From Chondromyces sp. (GTDB taxonomy: Bacteria; Acidobacteriota; Thermoanaerobaculia; Thermoanaerobaculales; Sulfomarinibacteraceae), in assembly GCA_035466375.1 (NCBI GenBank), contig DATIVB010000056.1, positions 10,075-74,074 of the forward strand: DNA of 64,000 nt, given 5' to 3'. Shown here piece after piece: positions 63,591 through 64,000 of this stretch. The notes beneath the pieces are model-generated. The model saw nothing but the letters and a program-made list of their open reading frames with translations. It made no database searches and was not told the DNA's origin. Within the stretch, counting starts at the first letter, position 1, and each line of letters begins with the position of its first letter. The position numbers and the translations under genes are program-made.

Positions 63591-63867
63591 CCCTTTGCGT
63601 CTTTGCATCTTTGCGCCTTTGCGTCTTCTCGTTTTCGGGTGGGCGGGTGGCCTTCGTGAATCCTTTGTGACTTGGTGCCTTCGTGTTTCTGGGTGGGTGG
63701 GCGGCTCTGCGACTCTGCGCCTCTGCGCCTCTGCGTTTCCGGGTGGGTGGGGGGCCTTCGTGATTTCTTCGTGTCTTCGTGCCTTCGTGGTTGCGACGTG
63801 GGCGGATGGGTGGGAACGTGCAACGTTCGAACGTTCGAACGTTCCAACGATGGCGGGCGGGCGGGTG
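63591..63867. repeat. Right arm of the large modular inverted-repeat element. It has CTTTGCG-, CTTCGTG-, CTCTGCG-, CTTCGTG- and AACGTTCG-type tandem repeats separated by five G3N1 tracts.
   Basis: The G-tracts are GGGTGGGCGGGTGG (63637-50), GGGTGGGTGGGCGG (63691-704), GGGTGGGTGGGGGG (63741-54), GGGCGGATGGGTGGG (63800-14) and GGCGGGCGGGCGGGTG (63852-67). Their starts are spaced 50-59 bp apart. Confidence 0.85.
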
Positions 63868-63897
63868 CTCCCTGCTCCCCGGTTCGACGCTTCGGCT

Positions 63898-63906
63898 TGC
63901 TAGAAT
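63898..63906 (+). promoter_or_regulatory. Extended -10 promoter motif TGCTAGAAT
   Basis: TGn + TAGAAT lies 52 nt upstream of the ATG at 63958. It is the same motif as at 1891-1899 and lies directly downstream of the repeat element. Confidence 0.4.
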
Positions 63907-63957
63907 CCCGAAACCGGCGGCGCCGATCGCCGTACGAGTGCCAGGGAGGAAGCCGCA

Positions 63958-64000
63958 ATGAACGCACGTTTCTCGATTGTCATTCTTGCTGCCCTGCTCG
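63958..64000 (+). CDS. 5' end of a gene encoding a probable secreted or membrane protein (truncated by the window)
   Basis: The ATG is preceded by GGGAGGAAG. MNARFSIVILAALL looks like a signal peptide. Only 14 codons are visible. Confidence 0.5.
   Translation, partial: MNARFSIVILAALL

Noticed and set aside
63240-63659. 139-aa plus ORF, and the 60-aa minus ORF at 63379-63561, inside the repeat-element core
   Set aside because: The translations are Arg/Pro/Ser-rich, run into the tandem-repeat arm, and have no motif support. The region is better explained as hairpin-forming non-coding sequence.
62993-63867. Considered whether the tandem repeats are a CRISPR array
   Set aside because: The repeat units are only 7-8 bp and directly tandem, and the unit sequence changes from block to block. 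No 25-40-bp repeat alternates with unique spacers, and no cas genes are in the window.
63868-63900. ccGGTTCGAcgcttcgg looked like a tRNA T-arm, and other GTTCGAA strings occur in the repeat arms
   Set aside because: No acceptor, D or anticodon stems can be built around them. The GTTCGAAC strings are part of the AACGTTCG tandem repeat.

Overview
The window is visibly GC-rich (not computed) and gene-dense, with about 60 protein-coding genes from a diderm (Gram-negative-type) bacterium. I could not place it taxonomically from sequence alone. Almost all of it is core housekeeping sequence.

Plus strand: guaA, then a tightly packed six-gene block made of a COG2403 P-loop protein, a membrane protein, cheW, an MCP, a cheA-REC hybrid and a cheR-TPR gene. 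This is followed by scpA, scpB, a thioesterase and a serine hydrolase.

Minus strand (listed by ascending coordinate):
- a fused lptF-lptG gene
- parB and parA, a bifunctional nuclease, and miaB
- a regulatory PTS / sigma-54 block: cupin, ptsI, ptsH, EIIA-Man, rapZ, hprK, ptsN, hpf, rpoN, lptB and a long LptC/LptA-like gene
- accA, gpmI and a HAD phosphatase
- a PP2C / DnaJ-TPR / solenoid / RodZ-like / solenoid / PrsW block
- ribF, rimO, lpxB, two membrane proteins, a HIT protein, an IHF-like protein, rpsA and cmk
- a DUF1573-like gene, a 4Fe-4S protein, a cupin and a LarA-like gene
- a rhomboid protease, a TPR protein and murB
- a 1301-aa sigma-54 activator, aroA and an LpxH-like phosphoesterase

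Many adjacent genes share 1- or 4-nt stop/start overlaps (GTGA, ATGA, TTGA, TGATG). I recognised no rRNA, tRNA, CRISPR array, transposase, integrase or obvious defence island.

The unusual signals sit in the few real intergenic gaps:
1. A near-consensus sigma-54 promoter plus an intrinsic terminator bound a ~78-nt RNA with a CU-rich anti-SD tract. It lies beside the giant sigma-54 activator and is antisense to a possible 25-codon Cys-containing ORF.
2. A family of modular elements combines 7-8-bp tandem repeats with GGGYGGGYGGGYGG (G-quadruplex-type) tracts, arranged as long imperfect inverted repeats around hairpin-rich cores. They sit just upstream of TGnTAGAAT-type promoters at three loci.
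3. An in-frame TGA falls at the first Cys of the SCGC motif of a DUF1573-like protein, and a hairpin starts 11 nt downstream. This is either a selenocysteine candidate or a pseudogene.
4. A DnaA-box-like cluster and the most AT-rich stretch I saw lie next to parAB, making this a candidate oriC.
5. A 16-bp perfect palindrome occurs twice near or inside parB.

All functional calls rest on motif recognition by eye from the supplied translations. No database searches or computations were run.
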